Positions 1 through 14,201 are shown, counted from the first letter of the stretch. The stretch: 64,000 nt of DNA from Tubiluchus corallicola (GCA_030141605.1 JAQGDQ010002381.1:303786-367785); one strand, 5' to 3'. Notes: a model not told the origin generated them from the letters alone. Made by a program: numbers and translations.

Positions 1-604
1 TGCGTGCATGCAATATTGTGACAAATTTCCCCATAGGCCAGATACACACAAGAAAATTTTGTAATACGTTTTTATAGGTTCTCTGGAATGAGCCTATATT
101 GTAAGTGTAATGTTGCAGACATATTGCACTATTCTGTAAAAATATTTGCTCGTTATTTGTGCGCGATGCATAAACACTTATCATTTATTTAATCAAAATT
201 GATGATTAAAGCTATAACTGCTGATCTTTTATTACTTGCTGTTTGTGGCATTACAATGGATAAACGTAGTTGTGAGGTGTTTTTACAAAAAAACCTTTGC
301 AACCTTTCCTTAGAAAAATAAACCTCACTTAGCACACCCTCCTCTTAATTTTACATCTTTTTGAATGGCGTACCTAGCAACCGCCTGCTGATTTCTCTGC
401 TCTGATTACCTGGGTGGAAGTGCATTAACTCACCTGTAACTTACACCTGTATTGCCCTGGATATTGATGTTGGGGAATTCCGCGGCAACACATTCTCTTT
501 AGCCGTGTAAATCTTATGTGATCAAAAAACCATTCCGTGTATTTGTAGTAGGGTTGTAAACTTGCTGTAAACTACAATCCAGTCTATCCACTCCTAATAA
601 ATAG

Positions 605-1125
<521 letters not shown>

Positions 1126-3048
1126 AACCGCATATCTGTCGCTCTTTCTGTCTCCTGTTTAATTTTCTATCTCATTTCAAATCTACGTATTTCAGATTAT
1201 CAGAAGTTATTTTGCGTTTCGCTTTTCAATGCGGTATGCACGTCGAATTATTTTCTTGCTGTCTTTCAAGCTTTTAATTTTCCTATTTTTAAAGGCTATT
1301 TTGCTTGAAAAAATGCACAGGATCTAAGCTTTAGTTGTTAAGCTTTGGTAAGACAAATTGTCGTACTTCTGTAAATTAGTTGAAGTACATTAGGCCTAGT
1401 GTGCTTTGGGAATTCGAGTATGCAGAATGTTGTAAGACCTGTGTAGAAGGATGAATGATTCATAATTGCATATGGGAAATTGGGACCACAAAGCATTAAG
1501 AACTGTTGTCGTAGAAGCTGACGAACCGTTGCCCTTGAAGGGCCTTTCTGTTTCTGAATTCCCCATGCAGTGAAGTTCCAAGGTCCTGTGGCTTCCAACA
1601 CTACTACACAGCATTCGTTTGCTGAACAGATTAAACCATGTTATGTTAGGTAGTTTGCTTCAATAAGCTGCTTTAGTGTCCAACTGGATTGGCTCAACTA
1701 ACTGAGCTAAGCCATGTACAAGTATGTACATTTGCTGGAAACTTAATACTTTTGAAATAGAGGTTTCTACATGTTTACCTTGGCGTAGTCTGTCATTGAC
1801 TTTACTTATTAGGCATAAATGGCATCCGCTGCAGTAGCATGCCTCTGAAATAACTTCATTAAATAATCGCTGTTATGGTTTATATTTCTCATCATGTAGT
1901 TTCCAACCTAGAGCGCATGATTGTTTTAAGTTAGGTTTTTACAGGTAGCCTTAATTAAATTCAGAGCAAGAGATAGTAAGATTGTAGCGTTAACTTCTTT
2001 AATCTTGCAAAAGTGCACGAGCACACCATTGGTTAGCAATTAAAATAAGTACTGCAGATAGTTCAGTAAGACTTAATCTTTAACTAAATTTTATACTCTC
2101 ACCGCCAGTTCCTGAAATAGTAGATGATTGTTGTAAACTGAAAACCCTTGTTTCAGTTGCTTTGTTTAAACGAATGCTTGTCTAATTTCTCGAAAAATAG
2201 GGAGTCTGGGCCCTCCATCTTATTTTGCACTGTGAAATCTAACTACTGTGTATACACGTATTAACTCTCCAGGTATAAAATATTTGCACTTGTGTATTTT
2301 GGAGTTACATGTAAGGCGCGATGTTCTCAACAACGACCGAACTATTTACGCGTCAAACGAACGGTGATTTTTCCCTTTTTTCCGCAAAAGTCATAGAACG
2401 GAAATGTAAAGAACCGGACTGTTAGAGTTCTAGACATTACTGTAAAGAAAATTCAACGTAGGTGTTAACAGACAGAATTTTGTTTCCTGGGTGGCTACAC
2501 TTTCTCGCAGTGGGTATTTTCCCGGATAGAATCCAAGCAAATTTTGTAAAAATGTTGCAAACAATTTCCTGAAAAAATCGATTTGTGCAACTACGAGGTC
2601 GCCCCGAAAAAATAAACACATTATTAGAAAGAGAAAGACCGATTGCAGTGTTTGAGTGTTTCGTGTAAGATAATGTTCACTGAACGAAAGGGAAGGGTGT
2701 ACATATTTTGAAATTCTTTTAACATGTGAGTATATTTTGTTGGGCGGCTTTCGCGAAGTCATAGAATTTAACAAAGTTGAGAATGAGAGACACCTGGTTT
2801 AGCGTTTTTATGAAACTCGTGTTTATTGCACGGCGCCAACTAAAGTCGCAATTGGACTAGAAAGAAATTTGTAGCAATGCATTGACGATTGATCTTTCTC
2901 TTCCTTTTATATTAGTGAAAAAAAAGTCAAATGTGTGTCAGGCTGTCGTTAGACGTTGTCCAAGCGTTGTCAGCCTAGGTGTTAAACTTTTTTGTTTGAT
3001 TAACACGTGAGATTGAGGGGGTCTTGAAAGTAATAATCTTAATTATTA

Positions 3049-3280
3049 CCGGGTGGCGTAGTTCAGTGGTATCGTGCTCACTTCTCACTCGCGAGGTCGC
3101 GGGTTCAACTTCCGATCGAGTCATACCAAAGACTTAGAATATGGTATCGCTGGTTCTTCAGCCAAGCACACGGGTTTATCGAAATTACGTGCGGTTATTA
3201 TTGATTGGGACCACCTTGGAAATAAGTATTATTTAAGTGTTACCTAAGGTGTTTTCTCTGGATTATATCATATAAAGTTA
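3049..3280 (+). mobile_element. tRNA-derived SINE, MetaSINE-like
   Basis: A box (GGCGTAGTTCAGTGG) and B box (GGTTCAACTTCC), followed by GAGTCATACCAAAGACTTAGAATATGGTA...AAGCAC, which resembles the Meta central domain as I recall it; 3' end approximate. Confidence 0.7.
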
Positions 3281-5743
3281 TCCTACAAGTGTAATCCATG
3301 TCTGTGCAGCATTTGTGTACACTCCATCTCGTCCAAACTTGGCTGACTATTAGCTTTGCCAAACTTACCCAGGGAAAACAGAAAGACCACAAAACAGAAA
3401 AGGCAAACTACTTTCTGCTAGAGTAGACCATTGTTTACTCTGGAAGGAGAATTTTTTGGCTTCACATTCAGTTTGCTTTGCCTACTTTTCCCTCACTTCA
3501 TTGTTTCTTCAGTTTTTTATTCATGCGTACTTTGTGAGTCTAGTAATAAGCAAAATTGTTGCCCTCACGCAGATCTAGGTCAGTCAACGTTAGCGATATT
3601 GGCATCCTTGATGGATATCGCTGCCCGGGAATAATGCTGATCGATATGTCGACCAATCGCAGGCGCTGATGGCCAGGAAAAATGGAGCAGCTAATCCTTT
3701 CGGATTAATTGCGGATTATGAGTAGATATTTTAGCGGCTGTTTGTGATTAGATCCCATTGGGCTGTTAATGTCTGTTGGATTAATTAGCGACACGTGCTT
3801 TTCTCAGTAATGAAAATGTGATCATTATTCGATTGCCTATATTTAGCACAATACACACAGTAAGCTCATTATTATTTCAAAGCCCAGCCTTGTCTAATTC
3901 ACAGTGACGTCATAGCTGCTAATGTAAGTAATACATAGAACCCTCAGCACTGAGATGCTGATTTGCCAGTCTCCATAGCATGCGAGACAAAGCTGATAAC
4001 AGTAACCAAAAAAACGAGGTCTGATCTGTACCTGTGCTGGGTTGTTAAAACTTAATGCCGTGGCTTCTTGTTTGGTTCGTAGCACAAGTTTTTTACAAGA
4101 TAGTACGAGATAGTTATCTGCGTTATCTTACAGGCTTTGTTTATAGCAAAATGTTTGAACTGTGAATTTACCAAAATGTAATTTTTAAACTGTGTCTGAA
4201 TTCCTGGCCAAACAAAAGTTGCAGTTTGGAATAAATCTAAGTTGTTATTTGAATTGAAAATGGTTTCCTAAAACTTTGAAGAAAATCCACGTTCGAGGAC
4301 GTCAACGTTAAAATAATATTGAAATAAAGGCGTTAAGGAAAATTAAACAAGTTCCAAGTCTCTGGTTTTGTTTTGTTGATGTATTTAGTTTTCACAAATT
4401 AAGATGCTGACCAATTTTTATTGGTATTTCAACAAATTGCTGCGGCGTTAAGTGCAGTGCTGCCAGCATTGTTGTCAATTTATTTATTATGTGCACAAAA
4501 TAAACAAAAATTTAGTTAATTTTGGTACAGTCTTGCCACTCCATTCTGTTTTAATTGTGCAAAAAACGTGTTTGGGATAATACAACGTCTTCAGAAAAAT
4601 TATAATGTAATTAGCCTTTGACAAGTGCTAGTGTTTTTGCCAAATAAAGCAAGATTACTTTTTTATATACATGTACATTTACTATAAATGTAAAGTGTAA
4701 AGGCAGTATTGAAATACACACAGATATAAGACAGCTGCAACACATAAAGAATTTGCAGTTAAGTTTCAAAAACTCGTTTATATAAAAATTTAAAAATCAT
4801 TTGAATTAACCTATATGTAGTTATGTTATGTAGGCACGTTAACTACAGTGTTTTCAATATTCCTGTTGATCTTATGGGCTTTTTCAACTATTTATAGTGT
4901 ATTCTATTGACACCTGTGGCCTATCCATTAATATCTAATGCTGACTCAGGCAATTCCCCTAGTGGCTTGGAAATCAATACAGTTAAGCTAATACCTTGTT
5001 GGATAATTAAGTTAATCATAGTTATGCAATTGGCATATAATGCGTTGCTGCTAGATCTTGGAATAATAGCGGAGAGAAGGCAGATACCCTGGTGCTAAAG
5101 AAAGCATACATTAAAAATGTTTCCAAAGTATTTATTATGTAATCATTGCCACCATCATTTTCATTTTGTTATTATCATTATTGTAAACATTGAACTGTAT
5201 CACTATTATTGTTATTATTTTTATAAGCTAGGCATATAACTAAATAATCGCTATGATGTGTATCCACCAAGAAACCAGTCCTGATACCAGCCCCTGTTCT
5301 GATTAGACATCTCACCTTGGAGTATCTTTGCTATTAAGCTGGAGGATTATTTTTTGTATTAAACTAAATTTTAGTCCTGCCGCAATTGTCAGGTGTTGAA
5401 TTTTAAACCTCAGCTTGCAGAGGGCTAAACTATTTAAAATTGTTGTTTCTTGAACGTTTGACTGATTTCAAAAGGATTATTTTCTCTGCCAATGATTGTC
5501 TTCAAAAAGTGTGTAGGCTTTCTAATGTATATAATTTTTATTTTACTGTAAAAATACAGAAAATACATATCAGTTCTGGTCAAGTATGTGTATATGTATA
5601 TGTTAGTCCAGTAAATACAAAAGTGGCCACCTTTGGATGTCCATGACTTGCAGTTCCATAAATGTACCCTGCCATTTGGATACTATGTATTCAGAGCAGA
5701 TGCTTTAGTTAGCTATTTACACATTTTCATTTCTGTATTGCAG

Positions 5744-5883
5744 CTTGATAGATTCAAGGAGCCTCCAGCATTTGGGCCTATGTGTGATCTGCTGTGGTCT
5801 GACCCTCTAGAAGACTTTGGTAGTGAAAAGAATGCTGAGCACTTCAGTCACAATAGCGTGCGAGGTTGCTCATACTTCTATAG
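5744..5883 (+). CDS. PPP3CA: Calcineurin A exon, 140 nt: [46 protein letters not shown]
   Basis: ttgcag| acceptor and |gtaact donor; DLLWSDP and RGCSY phosphatase motifs; upstream exons are not visible in the window. Confidence 0.97.
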
Positions 5884-6821
5884 GTAACTACCGGAAGCTT
5901 ACACTAGTTACTATTTATTAAATGGTAGCGTTACACTTTTTAAATTTTCTTGTGAGTTGTTAGTAGTGCTGGACTAAAAGCAAAGCTTACTTTTACTTCC
6001 ATTGCCTCAATTCACATGTAAAGAATGCAAAAGTGTGAACTACACATAAATTCTTTAACAGATTCCAGACTTAAGGGGAATATTTTAGTTCTAGTATTTC
6101 ACTTTTTAGGCTGTTGGATACTGCAGTTCACCTAAAAAAATATTTCGTTTGTACGTTATTTGTAAATTTCTAAACCAGATGTATAGAGAAAAATCTATGT
6201 TACGTCAAGATACCACTTGTGCTATCTGTGGATAGTTCAGATTCTGTCAGCTGTTTCTTTTCTCTTACACTACGTGTATTTTCTGAAGTTTCACTTTTTA
6301 ATTAAGTGATTGTTCCAAAATTTCAAAATCTGGGGAGAGCTCTTCCTCTTAAATGTTTAAATGATTTGTGAATTTGAAATCGTAGTCTAGCACCAGCAAT
6401 TTGCTTATTGTAGTCAAGACATGCATTCTTATTATAATATAATAAATGTTATATTTGTTACGACATCTTATTATAATATAATAATGCATTTGCCTGAAAG
6501 GCAATACTTGCCACAGAATTTAATTACATACTGGTAGTATATTGTTATTGGGTTTTACATGTCTGGAGTTGGGTAACTAAATTTTTCCTAGTACATAAAG
6601 ACACAAATACTTGTTATGGATAGAGTCAGAAAAATTTAAATAAATCAAAATGAGCAGTAAATGAGGGAGATCTTGGAAAAAAGATGGTCACCAAATTTCT
6701 CAGTCTAGAAAAAATTGTGAATCACATATTCCGGTTTAGGATGTTTATAGTTGTTAAAAGCCTTTAATGGCGTCTCTCTTACAGAATTGCTATTAATTAG
6801 TTTACTTTGATTTGTTCACAG

Positions 6822-6899
6822 CTATGCAGCGTGTTGTGATTTCTTGGCACAAAATAACCTGCTCTCAATAATCAGGGCTCACGAAGCTCAGGATGCGGG
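6822..6899 (+). CDS. PPP3CA: Calcineurin A exon, 78 nt: [26 protein letters not shown]
   Basis: cacag| and |gtaagt; RAHE metal-binding motif; phase continuous with the previous exon. Confidence 0.97.
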
Positions 6900-7216
6900 G
6901 TAAGTTAAATTGTCCTGTATTTACAGAGTAAGATAGGATTGCATGGAACTGAATGTATGCTGAGCTACCACTTATGTGGAGCCATACATTTAACCATTTT
7001 CATTTGTATGAGTTACTCCCATCTCCTAATTTTTATTGGGGGTTCACTGTTCACTCTCTTTGTTCACACATTTCATCCCTGCTGTGCATATGGTAAGAAT
7101 CATACATTAAATTAATGCATAATTGTACATAGAATGAGAAACATACTTTAATAATATATACTTGTTATTAGTTGCTAATAACTGTATCACACATTTTTTC
7201 TGCTTTCCACACTTAA

Positions 7217-7771
7217 AGGAAAACCGGATGATTGTTTATACTCAATCTCATTTTAATTTACTGTCCAAAATATACGTGTTCTTGCCTATAAAAGTTAGCA
7301 ATTGTTTCTTATATTTGAATAATTAGCTTAGAAAGTTAACTAATGGCAACCGAACACAGCTATTGTTTACACCAGAAACTAACCACAGTTTGTGCAATAA
7401 CAGGCATCTTCCCTTGCGCGTCAAGCGTGTTTGCGTAAGTTTTACAGTACTGCTTAAACATGTGATGTCACGAAAATGAGCTCTATGCCACATGACGTCA
7501 GAAACTAACACAGCAGTTCATGATCGTGGTTATCTCGGTGCCGCCTTCTATTTGTCGGCCATGCGCTTGTGACAAAAAGGCGCCATTGCCAATCTTGTAT
7601 CTTAGTAGATTCACTGAGCCGCGCGTAGCTTTGAAAGTTCAACAAAATTTGAGAATCTGAGGTAATTATTATTTAATCTAAGCTTTGATTCAAAAAAAGC
7701 TATTGTAGTTTTCAATATTTTAGAGCATTCTTTATTCAGAACTAATGTTTACACAATCGTCCGGTTTTCTT
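7217..7771. mobile_element. MITE with TTAA target-site duplication (Kolobok-like)
   Basis: TTAA|AGGAAAACCGGATGATTGT ... ACAATCGTCCGGTTTTCTT|TTAA terminal inverted repeats. Confidence 0.8.
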
Positions 7772-8471
7772 TTAACATTATGGCACCCTAAATGGGAATG
7801 ATTATACACACGTCATAAAGTTATGAAGGAAACTTGTCAGGAGCTTTGCTTTCTCAACCCACATTATGTTTTGCTGAGTTAAATTTGCTATACACAAAAT
7901 TTTTAACTTCTTTATAACAAGAACAATATATGTTTCATAAACATCCCACAATATAGTAAATTTCATTCAATTTTTATTAGAAGAATTCAATGTTTCCACT
8001 GCACACTAGCAGTCATTGTCAGGAAATATAGACTGATTTAAAAACCCTTCTGTTACATTTTACTAATTATTCAGCTCACTGACATTGTTTACATTTGGAA
8101 TCTTAAATGTTTTTTACATTAATTCCTACGGTAAATCCTATAAACGATCATCATAAAAACATGTTGAGACATTTTGTTCTCCAGTGTCGATAAGCAAATG
8201 GTAAGTAAAATGGACAAACAACACCGTAGGTCTGCGACTGCAGCTTAACTCATTGGTCAGTTTCTACTTTTGTAGCAGTAACAGCATTGTGACGTCAGAA
8301 GATAAAAACTATCACGATTTATTGATTACATATTTTCACCACGCGTGTTTATTGTCTTATGCCGTTCAGTCATTCTGCTTTCGGATTAGGACCATATTTT
8401 ATTCGTTAAATTTAGCTCACTTTTATCAGCCGTTTTTCAGTTTCCTTAAGAGAAATGAGCTGAAGCATTAG

Positions 8472-8639
<168 letters not shown>

Positions 8640-9375
8640 TAAACGATTATTAGTATCATAATTAAGTTGAAACTGTAGAATGAAAATAGAGCAAAAATTG
8701 AGACCATTAACAGCCGTAACTTTTTTTACAAATATCTGTTTCTGAAAATTGATAAAAATAGTTCGTAGTTTCGTAGTTTAGGTTACAAAAAATCGAAAAG
8801 GCGTGCATTTTGGCTGTTTGTGTGAAATTGCTTACTTTTTGGAATGCTGCTGGGTAAGTCATTTGTGTAGAAATTTCCTATTTTAGTACGCAGTCCGGTT
8901 GTGTTTTTGAGCATTTTGTGCTCTTTTTGATGGGCTAAAGTCTGCAACTGATAGACTTCTGATGATATGGAGATTGCAAAGTTTGTTGTATGTAGTTTTT
9001 ATTGTTACGTTGACAAATGTATGCCAAGTTGAAAGATTTTGCATATCTCTAAGCTTAATAATATGTTTGTGTGTACATTTTTGAAGTAAAAAATACTGAG
9101 CAAACTTAGTTAAGTTTGAAAATTCACTATTGTAATTTTTTAAAAGAAAATTTTTGAAGTTGGAACTTGTTGATTAATACACTTTCAAAAGTAACTAATA
9201 GAGTTTGTCTGGTATTTTCTTTACTGCATAGGCCATTGCTTTCGTTGAAAAGTTAAAGCGTCATGGAAAATTTTATGGTAGTAACTGCCTACTCGATTAA
9301 AATGTCAGTCGTTATTTTATTGTGATATTGTGGTTTTTAACTTTGTATTTATTTCTTTTGAACTGAATTGAATAG

Positions 9376-9552
<177 letters not shown>

Positions 9553-10174
9553 TAGGTTGGCATTGAAGGCTTCTTATTTTATTGTGCCAAAATGAATTCA
9601 TATGTATCAATAAAAGCTATGCTTTATTACTCTGTCTGCTGCGTTGCTTGGCGCGCGGCTTACAGACTGGAAAATAAAATCCACCATGAATCACTGAATT
9701 ACGCTGATGTTACTTTCACAGTAATAAAAATGTGGAGCCAGTGGTGCAGATAAATTTGCGATGTACAATATGGTTGTGTAACGTTAGGCTAAGTAAACTT
9801 GGCAGAATTGAGTCAGTCAAAATTGAATTTCTGTATAAGGAAATATGTAAGACTTGTTGCATGCATTAATTATCATTTTTAAATCAGCACAGTTTTAGAT
9901 GTGTTCTTTCTCTTTGTTTTCTAGCGTGGTTACAATTACACGTAATTTCTTCTGCGTTGCCTTCAATTTTCTGAACATTGCAAAACCATTATACTTTTCT
10001 TGTTTAACGTAGATCATTTGTCTCATTTTGATCAAAGCAAGGGTTTTGCATTGAAGGTTTTGTAAAATATGATATTTAATGAAACGTTCAAGGGTACAAC
10101 GAATGAACGATGTAGGCGACAAAACCGATATTAACGATAATGTAACTAATTATTACTTGTGCTTGTTTTTGTAG

Positions 10175-10252
10175 TGACAGAGATGCTAGTGAACGTACTG
10201 AACATTTGTTCAGATGATGAACTCATGTCAGAAGGTGACGACACATTTGAAG
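10175..10252 (+). CDS. PPP3CA: Calcineurin A exon, 78 nt: [26 protein letters not shown]
   Basis: ttgtag| and |gtgggt; end of the CnB-binding helix; ends in phase 1. Confidence 0.95.
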
Positions 10253-10609
10253 GTGGGTATTTGTGTTTGCTGTGGCATTTACTTTTGCACATCTTACATT
10301 CTTTCATCTTGAAGCTATAAAAATAGTGCCAATGCTTTTCTATACTATTGTCAAAAAAGACTTTTAGCATTGCTTATTTTAAAAGACAAGTTTGGGCAAA
10401 CTTTGCTGCCGTATTTGTGCTGACAATGAATTACTTATATTATATGCTTATTAAAGACTAATTAAACATTGCAAAAAATTTGGACAAACCCTTGGCATAG
10501 TATACAATTATTGTCTGGTGCAGGAAATTATATGAATTAGATATTGTATTAATAATAATTTTTATAAAATTAAAATTTTAAGCCTGTTATATGAAGCCAA
10601 AGTGGAATA

Positions 10610-11036
10610 CACTCGTATCTCGGTTTGCCGGAAGAACATCAATCAGAATTTGTCGATTGTCAGTATTTACCGATGCTAAAGTAACATAGTAGATGCCGTG
10701 TATTAGACTCACGGTAAGGTAGAATCAATCGCCTAATTGTCTCAAAAACGTCTAGTACGAGCTGTTTCTATCCAAAGGTATATAATGAATATTGGCAATT
10801 GACCTAAATAACTCTGCATAATTGATTCTATATTTACATACATATATATAGAGAGAGATATACACGTGGTTACACTAATGTAATGATGTAAACAAAGTGA
10901 TGTCCCACTAACTAGCAGTCAGCTCACGAAGCAACAGACTCTGTCCGTAGTATGCAGGACTTTTTCGCGGTCAAGATTTTGTCAGACTTTTCCGATATCT
11001 ATAAAAGCGAGGTCAGACAAACCGAGATATGAGTAC
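10610..11036. mobile_element. MITE with ~18-bp inverted termini
   Basis: CACTCGTATCTCGGTTTG ... CAAACCGAGATATGAGTA. Confidence 0.65.
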
Positions 11037-11191
11037 ATATTGCAGTTTTACAAGTTTACCATTCACTCTTGGCCGATTAATTTTCTTTAAAAAAAGTGCA
11101 AAGCGAGAGTCAATAACATATTATGCTAGAGACTTTGTGAACATGTGATAGTAATTTTAATTTTTTTCTTTCATTTTTACCATGGATTCAG

Positions 11192-11194
11192 ACG
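11192..11194 (+). CDS. PPP3CA: Candidate 3-nt microexon (ACG) of calcineurin A, adds one residue
   Basis: Long pyrimidine tract, then ttcag|ACG|gtaaga; symmetric phase 1. Confidence 0.55.
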
Positions 11195-13713
11195 GTAAGA
11201 AAATTACTTCACTTTTCACCTCTGTATGTATCAAGTTTGGCAGTGTATGGTGTGTGTTAAAAACTGTGCTGTTTTCCCCGTTCTGTACTTTGCATGTGTT
11301 GTGAGTGAACCTAATTCGGGACATTAATTTTTATGAGCATAAAAGTGACGTTATAGTTTTAGCAAATAACATCCAAAGTCAAGTGTCTCCGTAAGAAAAA
11401 TGGCACCATTTTAATACAGTGCACTGTTCTCATATGTGTAAAATAAGAACTAATTACTCATTTGTATGATTGATATAGGTGCAACTGTTTTTTAACTAAC
11501 AGGTGTTTTAATGCGACACTTCAGCAACACTCCAAATTGCTTCATTTCCAGTTTGATAGTAACACCGTTTTTCTGTTTTTTTCTTGGAAACTATTCGGAT
11601 AGCACTCAGTAAAATAATATTTTAGATTGATGTAGCATTTAAATATGTTGTTTCTTGAAAAAGCTGCAGATAATTTAAATATAGTTCGTTTTAATCTTGG
11701 ATCGATCATAATCACGCAATTATGTGTGAATAAGAGAACATAAAAATACTCTTGTGATCAAGGTCTTGAGGTTTTAGTTGCCTAAACTTAAGTTTTGCTT
11801 CGCATGTTTTCTGGCTTATTTTCTTTTGAATTAGCGACATGTTTCTTCTGTTTTTCAAACGGCAGATGATGGTGAGACTTATTTGTTGTAAATTTGCACA
11901 GTGATGCACCCTTGTTTTCGATGGCATCTCAAACTGTGGGCAGCACGTCCACAAAGTTGTCGTCTTCCTCCTCTAAAGTGCACAACCTTTGTGAAAATCT
12001 GTGTTGTAAACAATACTGCACAAACCTTCTGTCATAAAATGAATCATCAATGGTGCAGGGTATTTTCGAAATTTAGCAATAGGAAAATCGGTATCAAGTA
12101 ACATTTTAACTTTAGAAAATACGGTTTGTTCTCATCATTTTAAGAGGAAAAACTATTTCCGATACCTGGTGGCTAGCTTTTGTAGCCTGGTGACACTTGA
12201 ACACAATCAATCAACATTACTTAACTTGTTGAACAAGCTTATATTAGATTTGCTTACTCAGTGGGTTTTACTTGTTTCTTATTATGATACTTGTAGTCAT
12301 TGATTTCCCAGCTTTGTGACCCTTTATTTAACAGAAATTGAGAAAATTAGTAGGCCGGATTTGTTGTATTAGTCGGCTTCGATGTTTTGCACAACTTTCT
12401 TTCTACACCCTTTGCACTTATGACATACATTTCAGCTTTACATTTAGCTACATAGTGAAAGAGCTGCTGCTTTTTACAGTAGCGCCAGCAGATTATTAGG
12501 TAATGCCTTTGTTCTAGTGATCTATTAGCAAGTCGTCTGTTGTAGCAGTCGGTGTTTGTGGGTTTTCTAGGAAATATGAACAACAGATTTTATGATTTCA
12601 TTCATATTATTTAGTCTTTACGCAAAAATGATTCTCATGATGTTATTGAAATGAAGGGTATGATAAACACAATCTTAGACCTGACTCCGCTTGTGGCATT
12701 AGGAAGTCTGCTTCTGATTTGAGCGACACAAGTGGCCTTCCCTAAACACATAACCATTTTGTGAAGGTGTTGGTAACTTTTACCTGGCAGGTGTTTCATG
12801 TGGAGGTGTTATGCTGTGCTGTTTTGACAGCTGCTGTTACGTTTTAACATAAAAAGTGGTTATTTATTTAAAGCATTTGTTACAATTATGTGTTTTTTAA
12901 TCACTTATTTGATAATGTGTACTGTTTAGTTGCTTGTTTGTATTATAGATTTTTTAATTTTTGAATTCATAATTTTCTTGTTGCGTAATATAGTATACAT
13001 CCAATCTTAGAGTTGCATTTATAAATTGAAATGTAGCTATTTTATACGACTTGTTTATTCGATTTTTTACATTTACTAGAAAAGACTGTTGATATTGCAA
13101 TTATAGTAATAACTATTCTGTAGTTTTTTTTTGCAAATATGAATGTATGTGTATAGCCATCGTTTTCAGTTTTTACGTTTATAAAAATTCTCCTTTGAGT
13201 TTTTTGGCATTCATTTTTTACCACAAATAATCTGGGAATTTAGTTTAGCGGCAGAGTGACTAATCGCATTTTCCATGTGAAAAATACTGGAGTATATTGA
13301 ATCTATTGTTCACATAACTGTTAACTAAATAGCATTGTAAAGCTTTTTCACTGTTGGATAAGTAAAACCTGCATCAGCTCAAATATACAAAAACTGTCTA
13401 GTCACAAGGTACCTATATTTTCAACCTGCCAAGGAATTGTATTGACATTTTGACTTCTTAGATTGAGCTTTTTCATCTTTATTTTTATACATTTAGCCAA
13501 AAACTCAATGTTAATTAGTAGCTTCCTAATTAGATCTGGTAAAAACTTAAAATGATGGTGTACGTATGCGCTGTCAGTTATGCCTTTGTTCATAGCATGC
13601 TGTGGAGAAAATTTTGACAATGATTACTGGTACATGTATGTATTTTTCACATTCTGGGTTGAAACGGACTAGGTAGGAAACCAAGCCATTTATTGTTGAG
13701 TTCTTTTTTGCAG

Positions 13714-13813
13714 TCGGAACAAATAAACCAGGCATTACCGCTGAACGAAAACAAATTATACGGTCAAAAATACGTGCAATAGGCCGCATTGCACGCATGT
13801 ATCATGTCCTACG
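13714..13813 (+). CDS. PPP3CA: Calcineurin A alternative calmodulin-binding exon (variant), 100 nt: VGTNKPGITAERKQIIRSKIRAIGRIARMYHVLR
   Basis: ttttttgcag| and |gtaagt; open frame, phase 1 in and phase 2 out; clear paralog of 16544-16631. Confidence 0.88.
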
Positions 13814-14105
13814 GTAAGTGGAGAAGCGAACCACCCTGGAAACCTCCGCATTGCATGGAGTGCCTAGTCGTCGATGCAAGTGCTAATGCATTAGAGATGC
13901 CTGCGGCTAATACTAACATTATATTGTTTCTAAATAGAGTGTATTTGCTTCCGAAGTGAAGAGAATTCTTAAACCTAACCGGGCACTAAACTTATTTTTT
14001 AATAAGTGCCTTACTGATTTGATATTGAAGCAACGATTCAGTAAATGCCCTTACTAGTTACACTCGGTGTTCATTTCACGGTCCCCTTATTACTTTGCTT
14101 TACAG

Positions 14106-14201
14106 GGAAAAATGTCGATGAGTTAATAAAAGAATTAAAACTTATTCAGCCTGTGTGTGTTCGCTCAGACCTAAGACTTGCGGCATCAGATGAAGACCTA
14201 G
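14106..14201 (+). CDS. PPP3CA: Candidate alternative exon: in-frame 96-nt cassette (GKNVDELIKELKLIQPVCVRSDLRLAASDEDL) or terminal exon (REKCR*)
   Basis: Strong acceptor ctttgctttacag|, donor ctag|gtataa; open in phase 1; in phase 2 it gives TGA at 14119 followed by AATAAA at 14125. Confidence 0.5.

Noticed and set aside
2307-2800. CpG-rich block as a MITE or promoter
   Set aside because: Only a ~8-bp inverted match (TTCTCAAC/GTTGAGAA) and no TSD; probably a repeat, but I cannot support a call.
3051-3122. tRNA gene
   Set aside because: The acceptor stem does not pair and the sequence runs into a SINE body, so it is a SINE head.
12480-12499. Microexon tttttacag|TAGCGCCAGCAGATTATTAG|gtaatg
   Set aside because: All acceptor choices give 20, 17, 11 or 8 nt and hit an in-frame TAG. 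It could only be a poison exon, and nothing else supports it.
13911-13960. TACTAAC branch point plus acceptor at 13937 as another exon
   Set aside because: There is no convincing donor and a quick stop in phase 2; it is better read as a QKI/STAR motif.
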